64,000 nt of DNA from Pristiophorus japonicus (Eukaryota), in assembly GCF_044704955.1 (NCBI RefSeq), contig NC_091999.1, forward strand, positions 48,050,001-48,114,000. The letters are read 5' to 3'. The notes beneath the pieces are model-generated. The model did not search any database, was not told the origin of the DNA, and was given only the letters and a program-made list of their open reading frames with translations. Position 1 is the first letter of the stretch. Each line of letters opens with the position of its first letter. Made by a program: the position numbers and the translations under genes. This document shows positions 48,887-60,844 of the stretch, one piece after another.

Positions 48887-49803
48887 CTGTAGGACAGTTA
48901 CAACAAAGGCCAATGAACTGGATAGTTCCAGAGACAATGGGGGAATTTCAACCCAATACAGCGGGCGGGTATTGGGCGTGGAGGTTGTTAAATTGGTAAA
49001 AATCAGAATCCCGAACTCAACTCGCCTACTTCCTGTTGTAATATTATATTTGAGTAATATATTTAAATGAGATTGGAATCCTCTATTTTAACCACCATTT
49101 GGTGTTTAACTGTCGCTGGTCCGGCTTGACAAACTGTGTAAATCTCAGCAGTTACAGCAATGCGGGGATTGCTGCACCCAGCTGGTAATTGCCCTTACAC
49201 CGAACTCCTGGATCCAGGGTCCCTGCCTAACCCATCGCCCGCGATCCGCGACCTCCTCACTCGGCTTCCAATCCTCCCGCTCTCACTGGTGGCCTGTGAG
49301 ACCAACGCCCACAACTCGCCTTCCTCATTTAAATTCAGCAATTTTCCGGTGGTTAGATGTGAGAGAAATGGACACTGCGTTGAATCTTAACGTTTTACCT
49401 TTTCCCCTCTGTTGCCTCTCTGGTTTTCCATCCCTTATCCGAGGGAACGTGATCTTTCTCTCTGAAATCTTGAAGCGTTGGACTGGAAAATGACATAGAA
49501 TTTAATGTACAGAACGAGGAGATTTGGCCAACTGGTCTATGCCGGTGGTTGTGATCCACACAAGCCTCCTCCGAGCCCACTTCATCTAACCCTAATAATA
49601 TACGCTTCTATTTCTTTCTCGCTCATGGACTTATCCAGTTTCCCCTAAAATACATAATGTCAGGTCCCAGAGTGCTGAGTTGGTGGAATTACCAACCTGA
49701 ATGATCAGAGTAGCCATTAAACACTTTATATAATCAATTGGCCCTTGCACACGCATCGAAATTGTCGCAGTTGCTCACTTATTGCAACAATCTCCCCGCT
49801 CAC

Positions 49804-50110
49804 CCTTTTCCTTGTGGCTGGAATCTCTGAGAGGAATCGGCATATCCTGATGGCTCACCACGCAGTAGAACTTATCCCCACTCAGCCAGTCTTTTGTCGA
49901 GATGTTTAAGTTGCTGATCACACGTTGGGATCCTCTCCGGGTTGGACGGCAATCTCTGATTTCAAAGTCTCGTTTTTTCGGGTCCAGGTCACGGTGAGCC
50001 CATAAGGAGCGTCAGACACGACACACGTTAAGGTCACCGTCGCCTCCAGTAAAACCTGTTCCAGTTACGGTGGGCGAAGAGTGATTTTTAATCGCTGCAT
50101 GGGACATCCA
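49804..50110 (-). pseudogene. IGHM: IgM Cmu3 exon
   Basis: [26 protein letters not shown]...[12 protein letters not shown]...[15 protein letters not shown]; stop and frameshifts; AG/GT boundaries. Confidence 0.95.
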
Positions 50111-50811
50111 CTGCGAAACAGGAATGAAAGTCAGGAAAAGCCGCATCTTCAGAATCAGGACACCAATAATTAGCCTTAACTCTTTCAAGTGGAAATTCTC
50201 ACTTTTGAGATATCAACCTCTCGCTATTGCTTGAACACCGTCGTTATGGAAGGACAATGAATTGGCAACGATTCCGGGAGGTCTGTAATATTTCCTGTGT
50301 ATTTGAGCCAGAGCCACCTGTAATGGGCTATGAAACAAATGCCTGGCATAAAATGGGAATACATTGGGACGCAATTGTGATAGGCACTGAATAGCGCTCT
50401 TTCTGAAATCCTTTGCTCCTTTATGCCCATCTATAGATTATTGCACCCAAGTGCATCTCCACTGGTTATAATAGCTGAAGCCCGAATAGCCCAAGTTCAA
50501 GAGGTCTACACCAGCATTATACTTGTTCAAAACCAGTGTCAAATTAATTTCAGGATTTATGGGACAACAGGAAACAAAGTTAAGGTTCTAGTCTTTTGCT
50601 GCTATTTTTGTTGCGATGAAAATGTGCACGAACCAGTCACATCCCCCGTCAGAGGAGAAGTGCAAGTTCCGGAGAATGGAGTTGCAAGGAATCTTTTGTG
50701 GTGGGGCATCATTTGTAATGATGTGAGGTAGTTTGTAAATATCTGTAATTACTGAACATTTATCATGTCTGGTGAGAGAGATTCAGAAAGCACTATGACC
50801 TCAGGGCATTA

Positions 50812-51330
50812 ATAGTAACATAGGAATAGGAGAAGGCCATTCAGCCCATCCATTCTGTCCCGCCATCTAGTTATATCATGGCTGATCAACACTCAACACC
50901 ATCTTCACGCCTTGGTTATGTAACCCATGATAACCTTGCCGAACACAAATCTATCAATTTCAGTTTTCAACTTTTCAATTGAAAGCAAGTGTCAGCAGCT
51001 TTTGGGGAGGGAAATCCCGACTTGCACTATTCTTCCTGTGAGAAAATCTTTTCTGACATCACCTCTGCACGGCCTAACTCTAATGTTAAGGTTCTGCTAC
51101 TTGTTGTGGACTCTCACATCAAACTAAATAAATGTTTCTATATCTAATCGATACAATTCCATTTATCAACTTAAACACGTCAATTGGATCATCTCTTGAC
51201 GTTCTATACTCACCACCTGATCATTTTACATTATTAGCCCCGGTATAATTCGGGTAAACCTGCAGTTCAGCACCTCCACGTATATCCTTCCTCAGGTGCG
51301 GAGCCCAGAATTGGGCTCAGTACTCTGAAT
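50812..51330 (-). mobile_element. Old CR1 3' fragment
   Basis: aggccattcagcccatc...atcatggctgatc 3'UTR motif and decayed ORF2 C-terminus. Confidence 0.75.
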
Positions 51331-51524
51331 AGGGTAGATGCCCATTCTTGCAGTGGGTTCCTGGACAGTTAGCATTAAAGGATTCCAGACACCTATTGCC
51401 ATTTCGTATATGATCAGCCAACTCAGGATATACCTGAGACTAAGGACACTTCACTCACTGCCTGACGCCAGAGCAAGGGGAAAGCTACTTTGGCGAGGTT
51501 AATAAACCCTGAGCAATGAGGAAT

Positions 51525-51946
51525 CCTGAACCAGAAGATCGTGGGTTGAAGTCTCACTCCAGTTATTTGATCACAATATGTAAGCTGAGTCTCTCAGTGC
51601 AGTACTGGGGGCGTGGTGCATTGTCGGAGGTGCCGTATTTGGGATCATGTGTTAAACCAAGAATCCGTCTAGCCTCTCAGGTGGAGGTAAAAGTTCCCCT
51701 GGAATTATTTCAATGAAAAGCAGAGGAGTTCTCCCTAGTGTCCTGGGAATATTAATACCTCAAGAAATAACACTGAACAAAAAAAATAGTCGTTATCACA
51801 CTGCTGTTTATTGGGAGCTTGCTGTGCACTAAATGACTGCCGCACTTTATACATTACAACTGTAACCACATTTCACAACTTAATTCATTGCCTGGCAAGC
51901 GCTTTGGTTCAGTCTGTGGTCGCTGAAGGCGCTGTATAAAGGCAAC
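51525..51946 (+). mobile_element. DeuSINE (SacSINE1/AmnSINE-like)
   Basis: gtgcattgtcggaggtgccg...ctctcaggtgga.gtaaaag...gggagcttgctgtgc...aagcgctttgg...aaggcgctgtataaa. Confidence 0.8.
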
Positions 51947-52082
51947 ATTGTATTGCAAAAATACACAAACTGCATGATTGGAAATTAGGAATATTCCTCT
52001 GCTTTCTACTAATTTCAATCAAAGTCCTGACTGAGATCAGCGCTCAGAATGGTCTGGAACCTCCCTGGATTGTGCCTCTTAC

Positions 52083-52403
52083 CCTGAGATCTGCTGAAGT
52101 TACGGCTTTGTGTGCCCCCTTCATGAGTGACCTGGCAGGTGTGGACCGAGCCGGTGAACCATTCCCTGGCGGGGAGTGTCAGCCGACTGGCCGTCAAAAC
52201 GTTTCTGTTCATCTCAAAGGCGGGAGAGGTGGTGAAGCCCGAATCCAGGAGTTGTCCACTCTTCAGCCAATTCACGGTCAGTGACTTTGGCCTTAATTCG
52301 ATGATTGAACACATGGCGCTTGCATATCTGCTGCTGATGATTTGTTCAGTGGAACTTAGCAAGAGGAGAACAATTGGAGGAACGATGATCCGTTCAGGAC
52401 GTT
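52083..52403 (-). pseudogene. IGHM: IgM Cmu2 exon (frame open, acceptor reads TG)
   Basis: MCSIIELRPKSLTVNWLKSG...SGFTTSP...SRLTLPAREWF...TCQVTHEGGTQSRN; donor CAGG|GTAAG. Confidence 0.93.
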
Positions 52404-52552
52404 CACGAGAAGGCATTTTATTGACATTGCTTGTAAACTAAATGATTAAGAAATGCAAAGTGTCCTTATATTTTAACAAGTTCTTTGCTGTCAGATTCAC
52501 ACGAACCTGGCATTTGAAGAGAGCAAGATTGTGCACAGTATACTCAGTGTAA

Positions 52553-52815
52553 TATAAAGACCAGAACTGTGCATAATATTCTAAGTGCGATATGGGGACC
52601 AGAACCATGCACAGTATTCTAAGTGTGATATGGAGACCAGAGCTGTGCATACTATTCTAAGTATGATATGGAGACCAGAACTTCACACAGTATTCTAAGT
52701 ATGAGAAGGAAAGCAGAATTGTAAACAATATTCTAAATGTGATAAGGAAACTAGAACTGTGCACAGTATTCTAAGTATTATATGGAGACCAGAACTATGC
52801 ACAGTACTCTAACTG
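52553..52815. repeat. 38-bp CR1-derived minisatellite, about 7 copies
   Basis: gagaccagaactgtgcacagtattctaagtgtgatatg repeats. Confidence 0.9.
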
Positions 52816-52894
52816 TTGTCTAACCAAGTTTCTATACAAGTTGAACATAACTTCTCACCTTATCACAGTTTGCCCTGTATCCCACATCATTAAC

Positions 52895-53194
52895 CTGACA
52901 TTGTGATGCTCCACGCCGACCCACCACGTCGAACCTCGCAGCAAATTGTGCTGCTCCCCAACTCGGACTCGGTGATGGTTAACTGGCTGCTCAGTGTGTA
53001 GGCTCAATTCCTTTTGAGCAATGACGGGTAGATCTTCAATCCAGTGGTGATCGGCTCTTTATCTTCCTTCCAGAAAAGTCTGATGATGTCAGGGGAGTAG
53101 TCCATCACCAAACAGCCCTACGTGATGGAGCCATCGGTGCTGGGTTGTTCACAGGAGGAGAGCAGGGCGCAGAGGGTGGGGGGAGACGGTGTTA
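52895..53194 (-). pseudogene. IGHM: IgM Cmu1 exon (300 bp, two in-frame stops)
   Basis: [33 protein letters not shown]...[40 protein letters not shown]; AG/GT boundaries. Confidence 0.95.
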
Positions 53195-53984
53195 CTGGGA
53201 AGGAATGGCCCATTGAACAAGTTAGACTCTGTAATCCGTGCTTATAAAAAAAATAAACAAATCGAAATTTGACTGCAGAATAAACTAATTCCACCATTTC
53301 TCCATCAAAGACTACACAGGCATTTGAGCTTCTGTCAGTTCTATCGTAAGCACTTGTCAATGCGCTGGTCAGGAACGCACCTCTCTATCACCGAGCTCTA
53401 TCACATTACACAACAAGAACCTTTGCACAACTCGTCAATAAAGACGCCTTCATTGGATCATACAATAGCAAAACAGAGAAATGTTCCTGTTATTTCGGCC
53501 TGCATTTATTTCTCAATCAGCACCATTTCTTGTCCTTTATTTAATTGCAGTTTGGGGAAATTTGCTCTGTGCACGTTGCCTGCGGTTTATCAGTACAAAA
53601 CAACAGTGACTGCACTTCAAAGTAACATCGGAATTCCTGCTTCGGACGTTAGCAAAAAACCCTCCAAACTTGCCTACCACATAATTCAACAGGTAGCATT
53701 TCCATAGTCTAGTTTCTAAGATGCAAGTTGTAAATGAACCGCGATTGAGTCGAATTTATTCCTTATTTTCTCAGCATTTGAGGGAGAGCGATGTCCTTCA
53801 GTGCACTGTGATCTGAGCTCTATTCCATGCTATTATATGCATTTCTCTTGAGTAGCCTGCTTCCTGCCACTCAATTAATAATCCGAATATAATACCATTC
53901 CAAAATCCGATTAATTTGAAGTTACTCCTTAAATGACCCGTTTCAATTCCCATTGTTGTTCTTGTTGTATAACAATGACATGGA

Positions 53985-54865
53985 CTTGGTTACAGGGAAT
54001 ACAATTTCGAAGTTCAAAAATAATGCAAAACCTGGCAACGTAGCCAATAGTGAGCATGATAGCAGCAGACTCCATGAGGAGACAGATGGACCAGTGAAAT
54101 AGGCTGGGACATGGCAATTACAATTAAATGCGAATCATTGAGAAGCGATGCACATTGGGTGGAAGTTGGAGAGGCAGTATAATCTAAATAGTATTGTTTT
54201 GAGGGGATGCACGAATAGAGAGATCTGGATGTACATATTCACAAATCTTTGAAGATGGCAGGGCAAACTGGTAAGGCTGTTAGGAAAGCGTATGTGATAC
54301 TTGACTTTGTAAATGGGGCATTCACTACAAAATCAAGGTGGTTATGCTAAACTTACAGATCACGTGATAGGCATCAGCTGGACAATTGCGTACAATTTTG
54401 TAACCACAATGTAGTAAGGATGTCAAGCCATTGGGGAGTGTAAAGGGAAGCGTTTTACCTGGATGATACCAGGGATGGGGTCTTCAGTATTGTCGAAAGA
54501 TTGGAGAAGTTGGAATATTCTCCTTAGAGCAGAGGTTAAGAGGAGACCGAAGAGAGATATTCAACATTATGTCAGGTTTTGATATACTAACTCGAGAGAA
54601 ATTGTTCCGCTGGAAAATAGGTGGGTAACCAAATGTCGCAGTTTTAAAATAATTGTGAAAAGATCAGAAGGTAAAATTCAGGTGATTTCTTTCACACAGA
54701 GGGTTGGTAATTTCAGGAATGCTCCAGGCAGTATCTCCTGTACGTCAGGAGGACTCATTTGCTCGTTTATAATGTAAACTCTGGGGAGTTGGACTAAATT
54801 GGACAGCTCTTTCAGAGCCGGCACAGGCTGGATGCCTGAATGGCCTCTTCCAATGCTGTGAGATG
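53985..54865 (+). mobile_element. Old CR1 3' region in the J-C intron
   Basis: Decayed RT C-terminus and ctgaatggcctcttccaatgctgt 3' end. Confidence 0.75.
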
Positions 54866-55589
54866 CTATCAGTCTACACGAGTCAGTGGGAATAGTTCTT
54901 CTAGATTTCATGGAAGGAAACACTTCATATTTTCGATACCTCTACCAGATCTATTTTTATTATTCGTTATAATGAAAGAGGATATTTAAAATAAAGGGAT
55001 CTTATGAATCTGACGCAAATTAGTCAATCGCATGCTGTTAGAAAGGCTTAAATTCATTGCGAATGATGACGTATTGCAGGTTGACTCTCTCTCTTTAAAT
55101 GTTTCACAGAATTGCAGCCCAGCGACTGTGTGCCTTGTGTTGTGACCCAGGCCAATAGCTGCATCTCGTCACAGTTTGTCCCTGCCTTTAACCTTCTCAG
55201 GAAGAATTGGACAACATAATTTTTCTAAACATGAGGTCCCCATGACGGTTATTTGAAGTGGGAGTCTCGATATTCTCTATTTTAATTGTGGAAATAACTT
55301 GTAACCTCCCATCAGATCAGACCAGGCGCTGCTTTCTGGAGCGTTATTCACATCCTCAAACTGTTTGTTCTGAAAGTGAGCTGAGGATCAGGCCAATCAT
55401 GTTCATTAGTAATCTGATACTCAAAATGTTCAAACATTAATAACTCATTAAAAATTGGGCATTTTTTCAGCAAGAATATAAACATCAAAGAATGTGCGCT
55501 TTTTAATCTGGGCAATGGGACGAATTATTGTATATATCTGGCACGAGCAGTTTATCTGCTATCTGTTAGTCGCAGATAACGGTGACTAG

Positions 55590-56105
55590 AACACTGCCTG
55601 ACCAAGCACTCTCAGGTCAGATACAGCACGGATAAGAGAGCAAAGCTCCCGCTATGCTGCCGTGTGGTCAGGACAGGTATAGCAAGTGTTGCACAAAGAG
55701 TAATATGTTATATGTACTATCCCGTCAAACATTCCCAGCTCAAGTACTGCAGAGATGTGCTACGAAATGTCTCCCCATAAAATGCGTTATCAAATTGACC
55801 GATTAATTAAGCACAATTATGACGAGTACAAAGAAAAGCTTCCAATACACTGTCCCATTAAAGCGCACCACCCCTCCAAAGCTCTGATTAAATAGAAGAT
55901 CATTCTATATTGAAGGACGCAATTAAGTTCCACGTCCTTGTAATGAAAAGGTTAAATACTGATTAAAGCTATCTCTGCAATGTCCCATCAAGCACTGCCA
56001 GATAAGATAACGCACGGGTTAGTTGCAGAGTAAAGCTGTCCTATCAAACACTGTCAGAGCAGGTACAACCGGGTTAAAAACTGATTAAAGCTCCTTCGAC
56101 TGTCT
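55590..56105. repeat. Degenerate ~65-bp minisatellite
   Basis: Recurring caggtacagcacgggtta...agagtaaagctc...actgtcccatcaaacact. Confidence 0.75.
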
Positions 56106-59100
56106 CCCCGTGGTGTTTCGGAACTGCTCCTTCTGACTGTCACAATCTGGGTTACTGATCTCATTTCTACGGCGACTCCTCAAGCTTAAAGTCAATCTTT
56201 CACGTTTCTCACATATACCAGTTTCTTAAATAACTGAATTAAATGACACTGCCCGCAATAAAGGATCACAACCCCGAAGGTTTACAACCCGTCAGGAGGA
56301 CTCCTGATTCTCACACAGTGAGCAGGCGCACAGAAACAGAACAGACACAAACGGTGCAACAAGGGTGCTCCAGGCAGAGAGAGACCAGTTCAATCTGTTA
56401 ATTTCAATGAAGCTGTTTGATTTCTAGTTTATTTCTTGTCAATTTCCAACCACCTCAATGCAGCAGATTCTTTGAAATTAATGTGATATTAATTTGAGAG
56501 ACTCTTCAACATCCAGCCATTTCCCCATCTCTGTCAACTATCTTGTAAACCGTGTAAAGATTAACTTCCCTGAAAGCAAGTATCTGGAACTAATTCACAT
56601 TCCACGGGAATTTGCTGCCCGTCACACGGGTCTCGGTGACAGAGTAAGAATGTCGCAATCCAGGAGACATATACAGTGATACCTAATCACCCACTGATTT
56701 TATATGTTTTCATCAGTAAATATAACCTGTAATATCATCGCGGCAAAACAGGAAATTAATTCACTAAAATTTGCAGCGACACCTTGTCGAACTCAGCACA
56801 GCCGAGTTATCAATGCATTGTTTTCTAAATTAATTTATGAATGAATTAAACATTATCTCCAACCCTTGAAACGTTGCAATAATTGTAATACTGACCAGTA
56901 TGCAACACAATTGTAATGGCTCGCTTACGTTTTAATGAATTAGCACTGATGTTACATTCTAATTTAATGTTCATGTTAGCTGAATATTGAAAATAATCTG
57001 AGTGCCAGTCTGGCCCTTCCTCCTCAGAAGCATACCTACCTGGAACTTTTGAAATTAAATTAATGTGCTTGAATTTCAGCCATACAAATACAAGTAATTA
57101 TTAATAATTTTAAAACCTTTTCTGCCTGATAACTTGTGATATATTATGGTTTACTTAACTTACCATAACAATTAATCAATATTACAATATTAAGCAGCAT
57201 ATTAATACATAACTACTCAGAAATATACCTTATTTTTACTTAAATGGAATCAAATTTGAATAATTGACAATAATCACGCATTTCTACTATTGTCCCGCTC
57301 TCGACCGACACTTTTTTAAACTCTGCATGTTTCTAATATCGCATAATCTGCGTCTATTTGCAAAGAACATTTCACATGATGGATTTGGGTGTGGACTAAT
57401 TTAAATAGTTCTCTGTCCAGCCGGGGTCACAACTCCGATGGGCTGTAAACCGCTTGTTTACTAATGCTGGAATCTCGAGCTGAAATATTCTCCTCAACCT
57501 TAATCCCCAAAAACGTTTTTATTAATTAAAATATATCCTTGCAGTTTGCAGTCAGTAGCAGAGCCTCCGCTACTTAATAACACAGACAATCTTTTAAAGT
57601 TCATCGAAACAATAAAATAGCTGCAGGAGTAGGCCATTCGGCCCTTCGCGCCTGCACCACCATTCAATGAGTTCATGGGTGAACACACCAGTTATTCACA
57701 AAATGCCCGTAAGTTGATGATTAAATATATTCTGCTACTTCTTGAAAATAGTTTCCAGAATGGTCAGTGTAAAACTAGAGGATAACAATTCGTTCAGACC
57801 ATCTGGGGCACTGAAACTGAATGAGCAAATGGAGGAGAGACTTTGTTCATCAATTTAATATTAATAAGAATTAAACATAGCACTCAGATATGATTTGTGC
57901 TTTGTCTACCGTTCTATTCCGCATACAGCAGCGTTTTGGGAGATAGGATTTTGTTTCAAATTCAAAATCAGATGAACCTTTTGAAAGTAAATTAATCTGC
58001 TTGAATTTCAATGGATTATTTGCTTTCTCCAGCCATACGCAGTCGGAACCTGCCTTGAATTTCAATATAATTACATAAACAATTCTTTGACTGCCAGCGA
58101 TGCCTCTCTCTCAGCTTTTGTTCTTGCAAAGTGTTCAAGATTAACTTAGTGATAATTTTATCAAACAACACACAATATTGATTCAATAACAAATTTCGGC
58201 AACACAGTGAGAATGTCACACCCCGGCAGATATATTAAATTGACGAAATGCAATTTGCAACACAGCTTTAAGTTATAATTAATTGCACTCAGTCATTCAT
58301 CTGTGTAAACAGGAGGTAGCAAGTAATTGAACTCCCGACTCAAACTGAACACAGCGGTGGAATCAGTATGTTGTTAATGAAATAATTGCAGCCATAATTA
58401 ACAACTGTATCCAGCCTCTAAAAGTTTCTGCTTCTCTTAATGGTGCCCAGTGTAGAGCAGGATTTTTGAAGGTGAATAATATTAAGTAAATGAACATTGG
58501 ACTTATAGCATATTTTAATAACATTCGGAGATATTATTGCATTATAATCGGTTGGTTAATTGTAATTTAATTCAACTACAACCAGAATAAGTTAATTATG
58601 TAGATGGCAACTAGTTACATTTTACATATTAAAATACCAGCATCGTCAACATAGATTAATAGTTGAATATATAATTATCACTTCAATAATTGTGATTTTA
58701 AAATACCTTTCAATGATTTCTGATGTCTAAACCCGTCCTGTTCTTTGCCTACCGACTGTTTTCAAACAGTTTCAAAATACAGATCGTGTTTGGATTCGAT
58801 CAGAAACCTGCTGCTGTCACCGATATTAAACATTGTAGAAACGCCAAACAGCTTCACAAATTCTAGGTATTCTGAGTAACACAGGCACGAACTCTCCTCA
58901 GAAGATCAACACTAAATCACATCGCTGAGGGGCGGAATCCCTCGACAGAACCTTTCATGGAGCAGATCCGTAATTCTATAAACCCTTTCAGCAGAATCAA
59001 ATATATCATTGCAAAAAAATTTCATTATACAATCACCGAACCCGCCTCACACTGAAATAACTAATGATTGAATTCAACAGAAATATAAAATACTGACAGA

Positions 59101-59742
59101 GAATTGTGATTAGATGGATCATGTTAAATACATTAATTTTGATATTATAGCATATTTAAATAATAATTGGTGATATTACTACGTTATAATAATGTTAATT
59201 TAAATGTGTTCCAGCTGGAAGTATGTTAATTTTTCAGTTCTTAATTACAGCTCACGTATTGAATCTGATCATTCGGGAACATTCGGTCAGGAGATGACAA
59301 TGTAATTTTCATGAAAAAACTTAAAATTCCTTAAGGTTATTTACTGATCACTAAGCTTTCTGCTTTGTGCCTACAATGTTCTTTTAAACACATTCAAACA
59401 CAATGTTTGCATTCGATCAGAAAAACTGCAGCAATCAGAGGTCACCAAGATTAAACATTGCAGAAACGTCAAACAGTGTAATAATCATAAGGTATTTAAA
59501 GTAACCTCGACACACAGTCTCGTCAGCAAATAAATACCAAATCACATCAACAACATTTTCTGTGGAGAAACAGTTGAATTCTATAATCACTTTGCAGCAG
59601 AATCACATTGATAAGTGCAAAAAATCTCAAAACAAAATCCACCGAACCCAAGTTTCAGTGAACAAAGTAATTATTAAAATAAACAGAAATATAAAATAAA
59701 GACACAAATACAAGTGTTACTGAATCAGTGAATGCTCCTTAC

Positions 59743-59792
59743 CTGCAGTCACCGTCACCATGGTCCCTTGTCCCCAGTAGCCCATTGCGTAA
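59743..59792 (-). pseudogene. IGHJ: JH segment, apparently fused to D2 (YAMGYWGQGTMVTVTA)
   Basis: WGQG motif; donor GCAG|GTAAG; preceded directly by a 12-bp-spacer RSS. Confidence 0.95.
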
Positions 59793-59820
59793 CACAGTGA
59801 GACACGTTGTGTCAAATACT
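59793..59820 (-). promoter_or_regulatory. 12-spacer recombination signal sequence
   Basis: CACAGTG (59793-59799), 12 bp, TCAAATACT (6/9 nonamer match); no nonamer at 22/23 spacing. Confidence 0.8.
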
Positions 59821-60137
59821 CCGGCGGACTGTTAACTGTAAAATACAGAGATTAAATTCCACACAGCTCTAAAAACCCGATTCCGACTCTCGTAAGAGTG
59901 AATCAGCGAGATATTTCATTTTTTACCGTTCATTATATTTACAAAAATGATTGGAATACTTCTGAAGCATCTGTGCATGTTCAACATGGCAGTCAATAGT
60001 AATAAAGAAGAAAACTGTTATACATTTAAATATATATATATATATAACTTATTTCTAATTATTTTTATTTAAGCCTCAGTTCCTTCGACGCTCCTGGCGT
60101 GGTAATGGTCGCAGGTTTGAGCAAACTCACTGTCTGG

Positions 60138-60175
60138 GGTTTTTGTATGGAGAGCTCGCTCTGTATTTCACCGTG
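60138..60175 (-). promoter_or_regulatory. 22-spacer recombination signal sequence
   Basis: CACGGTG, 22 bp, perfect ACAAAAACC. Confidence 0.92.
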
Positions 60176-60495
60176 ACCCACTCCCGTAGTCCTTCCTTGC
60201 ACAGTAATAGATGGCGGTGTCTTCGCTCCTCATGTTCTTCATGTCCAACGTGAAGATGTTGTTTGAAGTGTCTTTGGATACAGTAACTCGGCTCTCAATC
60301 CCTGGGACGTTATTCTTGTTCGATGGAGTGTAATAGTAAACCAGCCACTCCAGCTCCTGTGCGGGAACCTGGCGGACCCAGTTCATCCCATATCCGCTAA
60401 GATCGAACCCGCTGGTTTACAGGTCAGTCTCAGGAAGCCTCAGGAAATCCTGGTCTTCGCCTCGGGCTGAGTCAACACCACATCCGACTGGACAC
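60176..60495 (-). pseudogene. IGHV: VH exon fused to a D-like segment
   Basis: VQSDVVLTQPEA...*..LRLTCK (1-bp deletion) [15 protein letters not shown]...[16 protein letters not shown]; one stop and one frameshift. Confidence 0.95.
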
Positions 60496-60623
60496 CTGTA
60501 AAAATAATCAAAATACCCCGAGGATCAATCCTCGAAAAATGATTCCTGACTCTGTAAAATTCCAGAGAGAGACTTTCACTGAGACAGTAACAATGAGAAA
60601 ATTGGACAATAAAATCTACTCAC

Positions 60624-60669
60624 GGGAAAGTAAAGCCAGCAACAGAACGAAAGCAATCGCCGACCTCAT
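60624..60669 (-). pseudogene. IGHV: VH leader exon (46 bp)
   Basis: MRSAIAFVLLLALLS C|gtgagt, in phase with the VH exon. Confidence 0.92.
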
Positions 60670-60760
60670 CCTCATGGCAATGTGTGGTGACTGGTTCCGG
60701 CAAGAACTCACTGAGCAAACCCACTCCCAGACTGTTGTATTGCGCTCCCAGTGGCCGGCA

Positions 60761-60844
60761 GCTAAATACCCGGGTGATGGGGGCGAGGTTAAAGGCGCCA
60801 CCCATTGATTCCCTGATGGAAGCGGTTTCTGGATCCACGTCACT
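60761..60844 (-). promoter_or_regulatory. Putative VH promoter: TATA-like TATTTAG and CRE-like decamer AGTGACGTGG
   Basis: About 95 and 170 bp upstream of the leader ATG; shark VH promoters are known to use a CRE/TCR-beta-like decamer rather than the octamer. Confidence 0.55.

Noticed and set aside
56314-56355. CACAGTG heptamers in the J-C intron (also 58203)
   Set aside because: No acceptable nonamer at 12 or 22/23 spacing and no adjacent coding segment
46581-60669. Functional IgM, or an IgW/IgNAR identity
   Set aside because: Four C exons match shark mu motifs; stops or frameshifts in VH, Cmu1, Cmu3 and Cmu4 and a lost Cmu2 acceptor rule out function
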